DNA from: Blastocladiella emersonii ATCC 22665
Lineage: Eukaryota; Fungi; Blastocladiomycota
DNA: 64,000 nt
Assembly: GCA_025594325.1 (NCBI GenBank)
Contig: JANHCV010000014.1
Span: 186,001-250,000, forward strand
Direction: 5' to 3'
Position 1 is the first letter of the stretch. Each line of letters opens with the position of its first letter. Shown piece by piece: positions 11,578 to 23,953 of the stretch. Under the pieces are notes generated by a model. That model was not told the DNA's origin. It saw nothing but the letters and a program-made list of their open reading frames with translations, and did not search any database. A program made the position numbers and the translations under genes.

Positions 11578-13698
11578 ATGACCGACCGCCTCCGCTCCGC
11601 CTTCGCCAAGGCCCGCCGCGAGGGCCGCGCCGCCTTTGTCGCGTACACCACCGCGGGCTTCCCGGACGTGGCGAGCTGCCCGGACGTGCTGCTCGCGCTG
11701 CAGTCGGGCGGCGCCGACGTGATCGAGCTGGGCGTGCCCTTCACGGACCCGCTGGCCGACGGGCCGACGATCCAGCACTCGACGCACGTGGCGCTGACCA
11801 ACGGCGTCGACCTCGAGCGGTGCCTCGGGTTCGTTCGCGCCGCGCGCGACCGCGGGCTCACGGTCCCCGTGCTCTTCATGGGCTACTACAACCCGTTCCT
11901 GCAGCACGGCGAGGCCAAGCTGATGCGCGACTGTGCCGCCGCCGGCGTCGACGGGTTCATTGTCGTCGACCTGCCGCCCGAGGAGTCGGCCGTGTTCCGC
12001 GCCGAGGCCAACAAGCACGCGCTGTCGTACGTGCCGCTCATCACCCCCTCGACGTCGCTGGCGCGTATCGAGGCCCTCGCGCCCGTCGCCGACTCGTTCA
12101 TCTACGTGGTCTCGCGCAACGGCGTCACGGGCGAGCGCGGCGCCGTCAACACGGGCCTGCCCGACCTGATCCAGCGCATCCGCAAGTACAACCCGACGGT
12201 GCCCCTCGCCGTCGGGTTCGGCGTGGCGACCCGCGACCACTTCCTCGACGTCGCCAAGCTCGCTGACGCGGTCGTCATCGGGTCCAAGATCATCAACGTC
12301 ATCAAGGCCGCCCACGCCGAGGGCAAGGACCACGTCAAGGCCGTGCTCGACTACGCCCGCCACATCACGGGCAAGGACGGCGCTGTTTCGGCGACCGCGG
12401 CTGCCCCCGCCGCCGAGGCTTCCTCGACCGCCGTCAAGCCCGCGCACACGGACGTCAACGACGCGTACACGCACCTGACCAAGCCCAACTTTTTGCTCAA
12501 CCCGCGGTTCGGCGAGTTTGGCGGCCAGTACGTGCCCGAGGCGCTCGTCGACTGCCTGCGCGAGCTCGAGGCCGCGTACGTCGAGGCCAAGAACGACCCC
12601 GAGTTTTGGGCCGAGTTCCGCCGCGAGTACCAGTACATGGGCCGCCCCTCGCCGCTGCACCTCGCCGAGCGCCTGACGGAAGCGGCCGGCGGCGCGCGCA
12701 TCTGGCTCAAGCGCGAGGACCTCAACCACACGGGGTCGCACAAGATCAACAACGCCATGGGCCAGATCCTCCTCGCCAAGCGCCTGGGCAAGACGCGCAT
12801 CATTGCCGAGACGGGCGCCGGGCAGCACGGCGTCGCGACCGCCACGGTGTGCGCCAAGCTCGGCCTCGAGTGCGTCGTGTACATGGGCGCGGCCGACTGC
12901 GAGCGGCAGCGGCTCAACGTGTTCCGCATCCAGCTGCTCGGCGGGACCGTGGTCCCCGTCGAGTCCGGGTCGCGCACGCTCAAGGACGCGATCAACGAGG
13001 CCATGCGCGACTGGGTCACCAACGTCGACAACACGCACTACCTCGTCGGGTCCGCCATCGGCCCGCACCCGTTCCCGACGCTCGTCCGCGAGTTCCAGTC
13101 GGTGATCGGCCGCGAGGCCCTCGCCCAGTTCCGCGACAACGACGCCGTGCGCGCCGCCACCGGCGGCAAGACGTACCCGGACGCGGTCCTGGCGTGCGTC
13201 GGCGGCGGGTCCAACTCGATCGGCCTGTTCGGCCCCGTCGCCGACGACCCGAACGCGGCGCACGTGCAGATCATCGGCGTCGAGGCCGGCGGCGACGGCG
13301 TCGGGACCGGCCGCCACTCGGCCACGCTCTCGTGCGGCGTCCCCGGCGTCCTCCACGGCACCCGCACCTACCTGCTCCAGGACGCCAAGGGCCAGGTCAT
13401 CGAGACCCACAGTGTCTCGGCGGGGCTCGACTACCCGGGCGTCGGGCCCGAGCACGCCCACCTCAAGCACTCGGGCCGCGCGCGGTACCTCGCCGTCGAC
13501 GACAAGCAGTGTCTCGACGGGTTCAAGACCATGTCCAAGCTCGAGGGAATCATCCCGGCGCTCGAGACGGCCCACGCCGTGTATGCGGCTATGGATGTCG
13601 CCAAGGAGATGGGACAGGGCAAGGATATCATTGTCTGTGTCTCGGGGCGCGGCGATAAGGATGTCAACCAGGTCATGAAGCTGCTCAACTTTGAGTAG
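11578..13698 (+). CDS. TRP5: Fused tryptophan synthase alpha-beta, 706 aa
   Basis: Alpha: [18 protein letters not shown]. Beta: [16 protein letters not shown] (PLP lysine), [34 protein letters not shown]. The alpha-beta fusion is the fungal arrangement. Confidence 0.98.
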   Translation: MTDRLRSAFAKARREGRAAFVAYTTAGFPDVASCPDVLLALQSGGADVIELGVPFTDPLADGPTIQHSTHVALTNGVDLERCLGFVRAARDRGLTVPVLFMGYYNPFLQHGEAKLMRDCAAAGVDGFIVVDLPPEESAVFRAEANKHALSYVPLITPSTSLARIEALAPVADSFIYVVSRNGVTGERGAVNTGLPDLIQRIRKYNPTVPLAVGFGVATRDHFLDVAKLADAVVIGSKIINVIKAAHAEGKDHVKAVLDYARHITGKDGAVSATAAAPAAEASSTAVKPAHTDVNDAYTHLTKPNFLLNPRFGEFGGQYVPEALVDCLRELEAAYVEAKNDPEFWAEFRREYQYMGRPSPLHLAERLTEAAGGARIWLKREDLNHTGSHKINNAMGQILLAKRLGKTRIIAETGAGQHGVATATVCAKLGLECVVYMGAADCERQRLNVFRIQLLGGTVVPVESGSRTLKDAINEAMRDWVTNVDNTHYLVGSAIGPHPFPTLVREFQSVIGREALAQFRDNDAVRAATGGKTYPDAVLACVGGGSNSIGLFGPVADDPNAAHVQIIGVEAGGDGVGTGRHSATLSCGVPGVLHGTRTYLLQDAKGQVIETHSVSAGLDYPGVGPEHAHLKHSGRARYLAVDDKQCLDGFKTMSKLEGIIPALETAHAVYAAMDVAKEMGQGKDIIVCVSGRGDKDVNQVMKLLNFE

Positions 13699-13868
13699 AG
13701 CAGGGCGGGTGGTTGTGCGAGAGCAAGGGTTTGGTTGGTGATGGTGGATGATGAATAGCACATGGTTTCTCGCGCAATGCTCTTGGTCCCTGTCGCTTGA
13801 AGGTGTCAATCGTTGAAGGCGACGCGCAGGAAGGAGAAGAGGAGCGAAGAGCTGAGCGAAGAGGTCGA

Positions 13869-13880
13869 CGTCAGCTGTCG
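13869..13880 (+). promoter_or_regulatory. Family upstream palindrome, degenerate (CGTCAGCTGTCG), copy 2
   Basis: About 85 nt upstream of the ATG at 13963. Confidence 0.45.
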
Positions 13881-13962
13881 CGTCTCAAGTCGCGTCCATG
13901 GTCGCGACCTCGACGACGCTCCACCGTGTCTCTTGCTCGAGAAGCACACGTAGCACAAAACA

Positions 13963-15835
13963 ATGAAAACTGCATGCATTGATCCAAAGTCTTCACGTTT
14001 ATGCCGTTCCAACCTGCCGGCCGAGCTCGTTGCGCAAGTCATCGACTCGCGCCGTCATCCGGCAACGGCGGCGACGCGCGGCTTCGCCGAGCTTACTGCG
14101 AGCCCGACGACGATGACGCAGTAGATCTACCGGTGCTGTGTCGCGCTCAACCCGGCGCTCGGTGGCGGCCGGACGCGCGTCAATGCCAATCCTTGCGACG
14201 CGCGCTACCCGATCGAGCTGAGATGCCTTCTGTCGCTGGAGCCGTACTAGATGCAGCTGGTCGAGCGCACCCGCGCCTCAGAAACCGACTTGTTCAGCCA
14301 CCGGCTGGACCACGCGTGCCCGATGTGGGGCCTGCACACTCACGCGTAGCGCACCGAGCTTCGCGCTTGGTTCTGCTAGCTCAGACGCCATGCCCAGTTC
14401 ATTCATATCCGGCCCCAATGACGCTCCCGCCCGGCTGTTCTCGCTGCTCCAGCTCGCGTGCTTCTTCGCCGCCGTGAGCCGTCCCGCCGAGCTCGCGATT
14501 GTGCTTGACTCGCTCCTCTCGACGTGCAAGCTCGCGTGATTCATTCATGATTAGTTCGACTGGGACGCGGACTGGCGCGACGACGACGTCTGTTTACAGA
14601 CGATGTCTGCTTCCCGGATGCTTGACGTTCCGGACGGCGCGAACCAAGGGCGCGCGGTGACGCTGCTCGAGCACCTGGCTCTCGTTTGTTTCCACAGGTA
14701 GTGATACGACGTGCTCGCGGTGCTCGAGGCGCCCGAGTGCGTGCTCGACGGGGCCGCGGCCATCCGCCGTCGACCACGCTGCCGACACGCGGCTGCCCGC
14801 CGATGCCCTGAATGAGGTTTCGTGCTGACTGTTTGGCGAAACGGGCGTGTTCGCGCTGCTCGTCAAGGTGTGTCGGGATCGCCGCGGCTTGCCGATCCCG
14901 TAGCATTTTGGCTACAACCGTGTGATCCATTATTGTTCCTCATCGTTTACGTCGAGCTGGTCGCCCCGTTCCGCGCGTACGACCAGATCCTCGCTGCTTC
15001 TCCTGAACAGCGACCATCCGCAAAACGACAACGAGTTTGGCGGCTGCATCATTTACCCATCGTCTCGCTTCTCGTCATTTCCCTCCCGCGCGAACTGGCC
15101 CTCCAGCACCTCGCTGAGCCGCGGCCAGGCACTGCCGTCCCTCGCGTGCTCGGACACCTGCACGCGCTGCTTGATCAACGCGTCCGTTCCGCCACGAGTG
15201 AGCCGAGCGTGTGGTCGGCATTCGCGCTCACGCGAGCGTGGGATCTCGCGCAGCGAGTGGACTTCCACGTGGCCACTTTGCATCAACGTCCACGCATCGC
15301 ACCCTGAATTGTTCGCCGAGGTTGGCTCGCTCGCGATCCTCGCGGCCGCGGGCGGAGAGTCGCTGGTCCGTGAAGTTTTCTGTGCACTCCGTGCTCCTTG
15401 GGTTTGCGCCGGTCCTCGCGTCGTTCACCGAGCCCACTCGCAGCGCCCTCTTCTCGCACGACGCACTGGTCATGGACGCGGACGATCAACAGTTCATTAG
15501 GCTCACGTCGCGCGGATCGTTGCCAAGCTTTACTGCACAGCGCCCTCGCTCGTCATCGACGAGCTCCTGTGCGTCCGTGTGACGAGCCTGCGGCCCCTCG
15601 TGCGCGTGTTCTCACGCAGCGTACTTAATAGTGGCGCTCGCCGACATGGCTTCTCGCAGCGACCTGCGTTGTTCATTACCGGCACCAATACCGCGCAGGG
15701 GTGCGCGATGCGATGCTCGCTTAGCTGTTCAAAGCGGCCGAGGCCGCGGCCCGTCGCGACGAGCTTCGCGGCACGTTGCGACGAGCGCGAGCAACGTGGT
15801 CCGCGTGTGCTCGAGCTCGGAATTCGAGGGCGAAG
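13963..15835 (+). pseudogene. F-box-like family copy 2 (heavily decayed)
   Basis: Starts ATGAAAACTGCATGCATTGAT..AACCTGCCGGCCGAGCTCGTTGCGCAAGTC like the intact copies. Family fragments (LACF..ELAIVLD, FRAYDQILAA, LFKAAEAAARRDE..QRGPRVL) occur in shifting frames with stops and a large internal deletion. Confidence 0.8.
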
Positions 15836-16251
15836 CCCAAGGCGGGAACGGTGTTGTGTCACCCTTCGCACATTCAAGTCCTTTCACTCGCCTCCAGCGG
15901 GCTGCGAAGTGACGATCGACAGGAACACTCGATCGACGTGAATGGCGCAACGCGTGGTTTCCACAGCGTGGTTTCCACCGCACAAGAAGCCCATCCCTTT
16001 CCTTCAGGGCAAGCTTGCCAACATGTCCAGATTTCACGTTGCTCGGGGGTAGACATGAGGAAGCGCGGTGGAAGCTTGGCCACGGCGTGGGGCTGTTGGC
16101 GACAAACTACAAAGCATAAGCTGTGCCAACGCCGACGCCAGTCCAGCAGACGGAATTGATGATGAATGAAACGTTGCACAGACTCTTTGCGAGCAGCGAT
16201 TGCCCCTCTGTGGTCGCGAGGGGAGGAGAGGGGGAGGAGCGCGCCGAGCGG

Positions 16252-16263
16252 CATCAGCTGATG
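16252..16263 (+). promoter_or_regulatory. Family upstream palindrome CATCAGCTGATG, copy 3
   Basis: Perfect 12-bp palindrome followed by TGGCGCAGC, ~120 nt upstream of the ATG. Confidence 0.6.
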
Positions 16264-16385
16264 TGGCGCAGCGCCCGCTGTGAGTCGAGCGGTTGCCCTA
16301 GCGGTTGCCCTCGCCAGCCTTTGAGTTGGGCGCTTGTTGGGCTCTCGGCCAACAACCAACCTCAACGAGGCCTAGACGCAACGCC

Positions 16386-18891
16386 ATGGAAACTACATGC
16401 ACTGATCCGAGGCCCGCTCACTTATGCCTTTCCGACCTCCCGCCGGAGCTCGTCGCGCACGTCCTGCGTGTCGCCGCCCCGCGCAGCACCGTCGCCGCCG
16501 CCACACGCACGCTTGCCGAGGTCGCTGCCAACCCGACCACGCAGTGGGTCCATCGCTGCCTCACACTGCCTGACCCGATGCTGCTCCGCTGGGTGCGGAT
16601 CCGCAACCGGCTCCGCGCAGCGCTGCCCAACCATGCGCTCGTGGCGCTGCCGCTCACCGTCTTCCTCGTGCACACGAAAATGAAGTACGCGCGAGATGAA
16701 GACTGCCGCGAGCTGCGGTTCGAGAACGAGGCGGAAACGTGGGGCCCGTGCGTCCATCCCATGGACGAGGCGTTCCTCAACCGCTTCTGCCAGATCGTCA
16801 TGGCGCCGCTCGATTGCGAGTCCGAGTCTGGTCCCGGCAAAATGGCCCTGCGACTCGAGGACACCTCGATCGAGGCTCCGACTCGCTTCCTCGTGCTCGC
16901 CCAGCTCGCGTGCTACCTTGCTGCGTTTGGCCGCCCCTCCGAGCTGGCCTTCGTCCTTGCCGCTTTTTCTGCCCTCGACGACCCGTGCCCTCTCGCCCTC
17001 AGCCAGTGGATCGCGCTGGACCCGTCGTGGCGCTCGGACGCTTCGCTGCAGCGGGTTACGGAGCTATTTGGCGCCGCCGCGAACGACAAACGCACGCTCG
17101 GCGAATACCTGGTTCACGTCTGCTTCCGCTGGTCGCGGTACGACATGCTCGCCGTGCTCGAATCGTCCAAGCTTGTCCCCGACAGGGCTTCCACCGTTCG
17201 CATGCTCCTCAATGCCGGCGACCTCCTGGGACTCTGTCGCTCGGATCTGGATTGCCCGACCGGCGCTTGCGCGAAGGTCTTTCGATGGCTGTTTGGCCCA
17301 GCGGACGGCATCGAGCCCGGGATGGCCCAGCAAGCCATCAAGCTGCTCTCCATCATGTGTCCGAATGAGCACCTGTTGCCCATGATCGCGGACTTGGGCT
17401 ACGCGAAGGTCATCCGAGGTCTCTCGCAACGCGACAAGGACGAGACGCTCAAGCTTTTCCTTCCCGACGCCGACCGCGTCCGCGACATTCAGCAAATCTT
17501 TGATTGCTTCGACCAAAGAGAGAACTGGATTCTCGCGCTTCTTGCGACTTGTCATCTCTTTGACGACCAGCTCTTGCCACAGCTCTTCTGGGTGCTGGTG
17601 GCCAATCAGGACTCGCTCGTCCACGTTGCCATGGACAGCGTTTCCTGGGATAACCTCGCATCGGTTTGTGGGCTTGGTACGTGATCAGGTTCTTGCAGGG
17701 TTTACGGGACGGCTTCTCATCTATCGCCGAGTTTGTGTAGCCTTCGATCACGGAGTGCATGTGTTCGACTGCCATGCAGATGTGCAAGAGATTCCCGCTC
17801 ACTTCGTGAACATTTTTGCGCGGGACATCTGCTGCCTCCTCGCCGTGGCCCTTTCCCACGGCATCCAGCTGGCCGACGTGCTCAATACGAGCCGCCTGGC
17901 GGTGCTTCGCGACTTGAAGCTGCTCGATTCGGTGCTCGCGTGGCTGGCCACGTACGTCGGCCCGGTCGCCGTCTTCCGCGCCTACGACGAGATCATGGTG
18001 GCGTCGCTCGAGCACCTGGAGCACCCGCAAATCGAAGACGATTTCGGCGTCTCCTTCAGCAAGCTCCTCGTTGCGCTGCTTGCGCTCTCGCCCACCCGCG
18101 AGCTCGTACTCGAGTACCTCAACACTCCTCGGCACGGCACCAAGCTGCCGCGCGCGCACTGGCACCTTCACATGCTGCTGCACCCGCGCATCCGTGCCCT
18201 TAGTTGGGATGGCAAGCGGCATTCGCTTTTGCCCTTTGACTCGCTCCCCTACTGCCCTTTCACGGCGGCGTGGTTCACGCACCGCGAGGAGTGGTGTACC
18301 AACCTGGATGTGCCGCTCGACTGCTACGCGTCGCCCGACGAGTCGTTGGAAGCGGTCGGCAGACAGCTTTGTCATCCAACGCCTCGACACAAGTCGTGGC
18401 AGATTGCGTGGCGGTCGGCCGTGCACGCGATCCTCACCGAGCTGCCGGCTTTCACGCCCACGCCCGCGTCGTTCCCTGAGCCTCTGCGCCGCCAGCTTTT
18501 CTCGTCCGAGTCGCTTATCATGGCCGATTTCGTGCGTTCAGACGACCGCTGCAATCCCCGCTCACACATCAAGTGGATCGTCAAGGCGCTCCACCGCGCG
18601 GCACCCGAGCTCCTCGTCAACGACCTCCTGCGCGTCGGCGTGGCGAGCTCGCCGTGTGTCTGGCGGATTTTTCCATACGGCGCGCTGGACGGCCTGCGCT
18701 CGCCGTTGTGGCTCCTTGCGGCGGCATGCGTTGTGCTTGATCGGTACGGGCGGCAGCCCGACTTGCGCAACAAGGTCCTTGGCGAGCTGTTTGATGCGGC
18801 CGAGGCTACGGCCTGCACCGACAAGTTTGAAGCAATGATCCGCAATGAGTGCCAGCGCCGTGGCCTCAAGGCGTCGCAGTTTGGAATTTGA
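16386..18891 (+). CDS. F-box-like family copy 3 (intact, 813 aa, 2 exons)
   Basis: LSDLPPELVAHVLRVAAPRSTVAAATRTLAEVAANPTTQW. Phase-1 intron 17677-17740 (G|GTACGT..TAG|CC) fuses track ORFs 16305-17684 and 17500-18891 in frame. Confidence 0.85.
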
Positions 18892-19433
18892 GTGTGTGTG
18901 AGTTTGGGTTTTGTGATTGTGTACAAGTAGTCCTAAGAATATAATTGCCTATTTGTTTTTTGTAACCATGAAATCATTGCTCCTCAACGCGCCGGCCAGC
19001 ACGGCCTTGGCCTAGGTGGGGCGGCCCGCGGCCGCGGACTCCCTCAACGACTTTACCCGTGCGGCGCGAGTGGACCGAGGCGTAGCAGCGCACCAAGCAC
19101 AAATCCGCGCGCGTGAGCCTCGCGCGTCTTTCGCTTAAGTTCAGCCTCAACGAGGAGGATCACCGCGCACTCGTGCTATTCCTCATGAAGCTCATCGCCA
19201 TTTTTGTTTGCGTCAACACAGCTGTCGCGCTGAGGCCACCGCGACATCGGATCCAAACGCGCACGCGTCGGTCCGCGTTTCTCCTTGGCAAGGCCCCTGC
19301 TCGACTCGCGCGCGACCTCTGAGCTCTAGCAGTAGATGATGAGCTGAAGCAAAGCAAGTACAATTCTAACCAGTTGGTCTCGTCATGGACGAAACCACGC
19401 GCGAGCGGAGGAGGAAAGCGACGCGGCGGTCAT

Positions 19434-19445
19434 CGTCACCTGATG
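19434..19445 (+). promoter_or_regulatory. Family upstream motif CGTCACCTGATG, copy 4
   Basis: Followed by TGGTTCAGCCAC, ~110 nt upstream of the ATG. Confidence 0.55.
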
Positions 19446-19553
19446 TGGTTCAGCCACAAAAACGGACGGCGAGTCACTCGCGCGCTTCGGTGGCGCTTAG
19501 GCGCCTTTGACGAGTGCTGCTTCGTGCCCCTTGACAATCGAGGCACAGAAACC

Positions 19554-21850
19554 ATGAAAACTACATGCATTGACACGAGGTCCACGCGTTTGTGCCTTCC
19601 CGATCTTCCGGCCGAGCTGGTCGCGCAAGTCCCGCGCATCGCGACCCCGCGGCCCATCGTCGCCGCCGCCACACGCGGATTCGCCGAGGTTGCTGCCAAT
19701 CCAACGACGCAGTGGGTGTACCGGTGCTCCATCATGCTTAATCCAGCCTTCGGTTGGGTGCGCCTGCGGTTGAAAGCAGGGAAAACGATACCAAACGTCA
19801 TTTCGCTCGGAACGACGTTCGCATTTGGCCATTACATGAAGACAACCGCGAAGGAGATCAGTAAACTGCGCGATTCTGACAACAGCTCCGATGTGGACTC
19901 TCGCCCGTGGGGCCCGTGCATCCACGCAATGAGCTCCGCATTCCTCGCGCGTTACTGCAACCGCGCTCTTTCATCGCCAACTTCTCACATTAAGTTGGTT
20001 GATGGCTCATCAACGGATCGGGTGCACCACTCGTGGGATAAAATTCATATCCACGTTGGCTTTCGGTTCGCTACCGTTATCGGACCCTTTCCGCTCGTTA
20101 CCTTGAGCCAGCTCGCGTGCTTCCTTGCTGCCCTTGGCCATCCGTCTGAGCTTGTCGTTGTTCTCGATGCAATTGCCGGCTACGGCTACATTGATTCCGG
20201 CTCCGTTTCGTTGGAGATATGGATCGCCATGGTCCCGGACTGGACGTACGATCACGCTTGCAACTTCCTCAACGTGTTTCCAGCAGGCGCCCAGTCGTGC
20301 TCGTTCACCGTCATCGAGTATCTTACGCTCGTCGCGTACCGGCAGCTGCGACACGACACTCTTGCGCTCCTCGAATCATCCGCATACGGCTTGGACAAGA
20401 TGCGGCTCGTTCGTTGGATCGTCGACATGGGATACTTGGTCGCCATGGGCCGCACGATTCACCCCACACGTGCAACCAAAGATTGTGTCAAGACCTTCCG
20501 CTGGTTCTTTGGCGAAACCGACGAGCTGGAGCACCAGCTAGACCCAGTGGTTACGCGCGTCGTCGCGACGGCGTGCGAAAGTCACCGCGCCCTCAAAGTT
20601 TTGTCCAGCCTGGGCTATGTCGGCATAATTGCAGCGCTTTCTGACCCCGAAAAGGAAGCGTTGGTCGACCAGCTGGTCGCACCGTTCGATTTGGACGGGT
20701 CCGACGCGCTCCTGAACGCGCCAACCACCCACTTTGACTGGCTTCTGACCTTGCTTGGCGGAACCGGCCTCCTTACCAATCAAGAGCTGGGACAGGCCAT
20801 TGGGAAACTGGTTGCAGCTCACGACCAATTTGTCCACAAGCTGATACACTCCATCCTTGATGAATCGGCTGACATCGTCATCTCTGGAGGTACGCAATCG
20901 CCCATGTCTATCAAGCACTGCCGTGTGCTTACCTCGACCGTTTTGGTTTCTATAGCAATTCGTCAAGTGCTTTGGGGACTTCAGTCGGACAGCGAGCGCA
21001 TGGAACCCTCGGCCGACGTTGTTACGACCCACGCGCTCGGCATCTGTCGTCTGCTCGCGTTCGCTGCTTCACGCGGAGTTCCGCTGCCACGCGTCCTAGA
21101 TATGGCCCTGCTGCAGCAACTTCGAAGTGCGAATTCGCAACTTGAAGCTCCTTGACTCGGTTCTCCCCGCTTTAGCGATTTACATTGGTCCAGTGCTCTC
21201 TTCCGCGCGTATGACGGAATCTTTGTCACGTCCCTGGATCTGGTCAAGCTGCCTCAAGTAGACCTTGAATTTGGCGTGCTCTTCGGCAAAATCCTTGTCT
21301 CGCTGCTCGCTGCCTCGCCCACCCGCAAGCTGGTCCTCAATTACCTCGCCGAACAGCGACCAGGCATCCCACTTCCTCGCGCGCACTGGCACCTACATAC
21401 CCTCTTGCATCCAAGCGTGCGCACTGAAACCACCAAGTTCAGGTCACCTGCGGCTCTGCTTCTCGAATCGCTGTCCGTGAGCGAAAGGTCGTGGTCGTGG
21501 TTCGAGCGCGGTCGTTGGTGCTCGAGGTGGTCGCTGCCACCCAACTGTTACTCCACCGATGCCAATTCGATCACCGCGCTTCGACCTTCTGCAATTCCTC
21601 TCACTCAGGGCGAGCTGCCGCTGGCCCCGTGGCGTTTGCCGTGCGCTCATTGCTGACCGAGATCCCCAGTTTCACACCGATGCTTTCGTCGTTTCCTAAG
21701 CCCGTCCGCAATGCCATCTTCTCGCCCGAGGCGCTCATGATGGTCAACTTCGCAGGCGCCAACGACCAGTGCGATCTTTGCGCCAACGTCGCGTGGATTA
21801 TCCTTGAGCTGTATCGCGCGGTGCCTGAGCTTCTTGTCGAGAGCACACGT
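19554..21850 (+). pseudogene. F-box-like family copy 4 (exon 1 open, exon 2 frameshifted and truncated)
   Basis: MKTTCIDTR..LPDLPAELVAQV; intron 20890-20955; small insertion near 21125 and further frameshifts near 21190 and 21630. Homology stops near 21850. Confidence 0.8.
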
Positions 21851-22222
21851 GAGTGGCGCGGCGCGTTCCCTTGCTGCCAGCACTCCGCTGGTTAATTCAT
21901 TCGCGGAGCCCCTCAGTAACGAAGCTCGCGAGGAAGGAATAAAGCTGAACATCATAGTTGAAACTGACTGTCGCTCCCGTTCTCCCTACTGTCCGTGCTG
22001 CTGCCACTCGTGAGTTTACTGCCGGTCGTGATTCAATTACGCGACATGGCCGCTTTACTGAGCGCGGTCCGTAATGGATAGGCTGTGTTGTTATACTGTC
22101 CACACTTTCTCACGACCGTGACTGCAGCGAGCACAAAAGCTCCGAACCACCCGCATCTCTGAGTTCAAGCAACCTCGTTCCAGCGCAGCATTCTCTAAAA
22201 CCTACGCTTAAAACCTGTGACC

Positions 22223-23762
22223 ATGGTCTCAACCACCGATTTCGTTGCTTTCAAGGACAAGCCGACCTACAACGTACTCCTGGCGGGCACGACGGGCGTC
22301 GGCAAGTCAAGGGCGTGCAGTCTGCTGGGTGCCGAAAAGGCCGTGATTGGCCACGATGCCTCATCAACAACCAAGGGGACGCAAGTCTACCCGGTCATCG
22401 TGGCCGAGAAGTGCAAGCTCCGCCTGATGGACACGCAGGGCTTCAATGACACGGACAACCAGGCCGATGAGGACACGTTTGTGTCGATTCTCGAGACGCT
22501 CGCCGAGCACGGCATTCACGAGATCCACCTGATCCTGTGGTTCAACGACCCTTCAAAAAAAAAGCTTCTGTCGCTGGTCAAGGCCGCCAACTTCATCAAG
22601 TCGTTTGCCGATTACACGGACCACGACATCTCCAAGAACGTCGTCATCATGTACGAGTCGGTTAGCATGGTTGTTTGCCTCGGCACCAAGGAGGCCCTCG
22701 TAGAGGCGTTGGGCTGTTCGTAGGACGCAGTTTCGCATTACTTTGCTCTCATCAAGTCAATCACGAGTCCCGAGGACGGCATCTACACCGAGAACGACTA
22801 CCGCAAGCTCCTAATCCAGCTCTTGTCGGAGTCTCGCGAGCCAGTCACGGTCGTACAACGTGACTTTGCCTGCGCGAACTGCAGTGCGACCGGCGATCCG
22901 CGGGTTATCAAAGGCGGCTGCCACATCGGTTTCGACTCGGGCCATCTTGGCGGGAGCGGCGGATGCGACGCGCCACTCGCGCGAGGCCGTCCGTGTTCAT
23001 GGCCAGCGCGAGATGATCCACGACAACGACAAGATCAAGCTGCACAAGGACACGCAGCGGATCCACGGTCCTCGAATCCAGCGACACCTCAGCGACGAAA
23101 AGCACCACTCGGGGTTCAACGTTCGCACCGCAACGGAAAGGCAAGCGCCAAACCTTGCTTCGCTGTTCGCGGGGGTCGCCCTCAGCTCATTTTTCCCCGC
23201 AGCCATGAACCTCATCGAGGCCGCATCTAACTTGACTACCGTCGTCAGGCACCGGGAGTGCATCAAGTGCACCCGGTCCCCCAACGACGAGGGCTGCGTT
23301 TACACCTGCTGCGACAAGATGAAGCCGTGTCGGAGTAATTGCAGCGATTGCTGGGAAGACCTCTCGGACGAAACCGCAAACAGCAGCCTCGGCTGTGTCA
23401 TGGCGTGCTGCAAGCAGAAGCCCAACGAGCCGTGCGTCACGGCCTACAAGTGTTGCGAAAAGCTGGTCAGCTCGAACCCCGCGCCGTGCACGCCCATCTG
23501 CAGCCTCTGCAAGCGGGACCCGAGCTCGCCCGGGTGCAAGTACTCGTGCTGCGACACCGAGGGCGGGTGTATCACGACGTGGTCGTGCTGCGACCAGGTC
23601 GCGACCAAGGATCAGTTCACCATCATGTCGTACGGCGAGTGCGGCCACCTAAGCACCGACGCGCCCTGTGTCGCGCTGTGCCAGCTGTGTGAGCTACCGA
23701 AGGGCAGCATGCCGGGCTCCGAGTGCGGCATCGCCGAGCACAACTTTTTCAAGTCGATTTAG
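22223..23762 (+). CDS. AIG1/GIMAP-like P-loop GTPase with CxxC-GDPR motif, His-spaced segment and Cys-rich C-terminal repeats; possibly disrupted
   Basis: G1 GTTGVGKS, G2-like SSTT, G3 DTQG. TAG at 22721-22723 is either the end of a 63-nt intron (22661-22723) or a premature stop. The frame continues to ACANCSATGDPR, then shifts near 22950-22975 into the Cys-rich ORF ending at 23762. Confidence 0.65.
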
Positions 23763-23930
23763 GCTCGAATGCGCTACGCGAGGTGTTTCTTCGCGTCCGA
23801 CCTCGGAGCGCTGTTTGTCGCTCGTTCGAAACCAATACAAATGTACTTCACCAACATTTATTTGTTTTCGCCATTCTTGAATCTTCTACGACTGAGTTCC
23901 TCTGTCCCGACCTGACATCGAGTGACTGAA

Positions 23931-23953
23931 CGACGCGTTGCGCCACTCACGTG
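23931..23953 (+). repeat. 23-bp exact direct repeat, copy A (CGACGCGTTGCGCCACTCACGTG)
   Basis: Identical 23-mer at 33848-33870 in the same orientation. Confidence 0.85.

Noticed and set aside
11419-13809. Long antisense ORFs over TRP5, and similarly over TRP4, GCDH, VWA8 and PUB1
   Set aside because: Expected shadows of extreme GC3 bias; low-complexity R/G/A/V translations with no motifs.
16305-18891. Two-gene (toxin-antitoxin-like or operon-like) cassette interpretation of the repeated ORF pairs
   Set aside because: A canonical phase-1 intron at a conserved position fuses each pair in frame.
21115-21145. Small palindromic insertion (TTCGAAGTGCGAATTCG) in copy 4 as a transposon excision footprint
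   Set aside because: Too short to distinguish from a slippage or repair insertion.
13963-21850. RIP-like mutation as the cause of pseudogenisation
   Set aside because: Visible lesions are mostly indels and deletions; no obvious C-to-T excess or AT enrichment, though this was not quantified.
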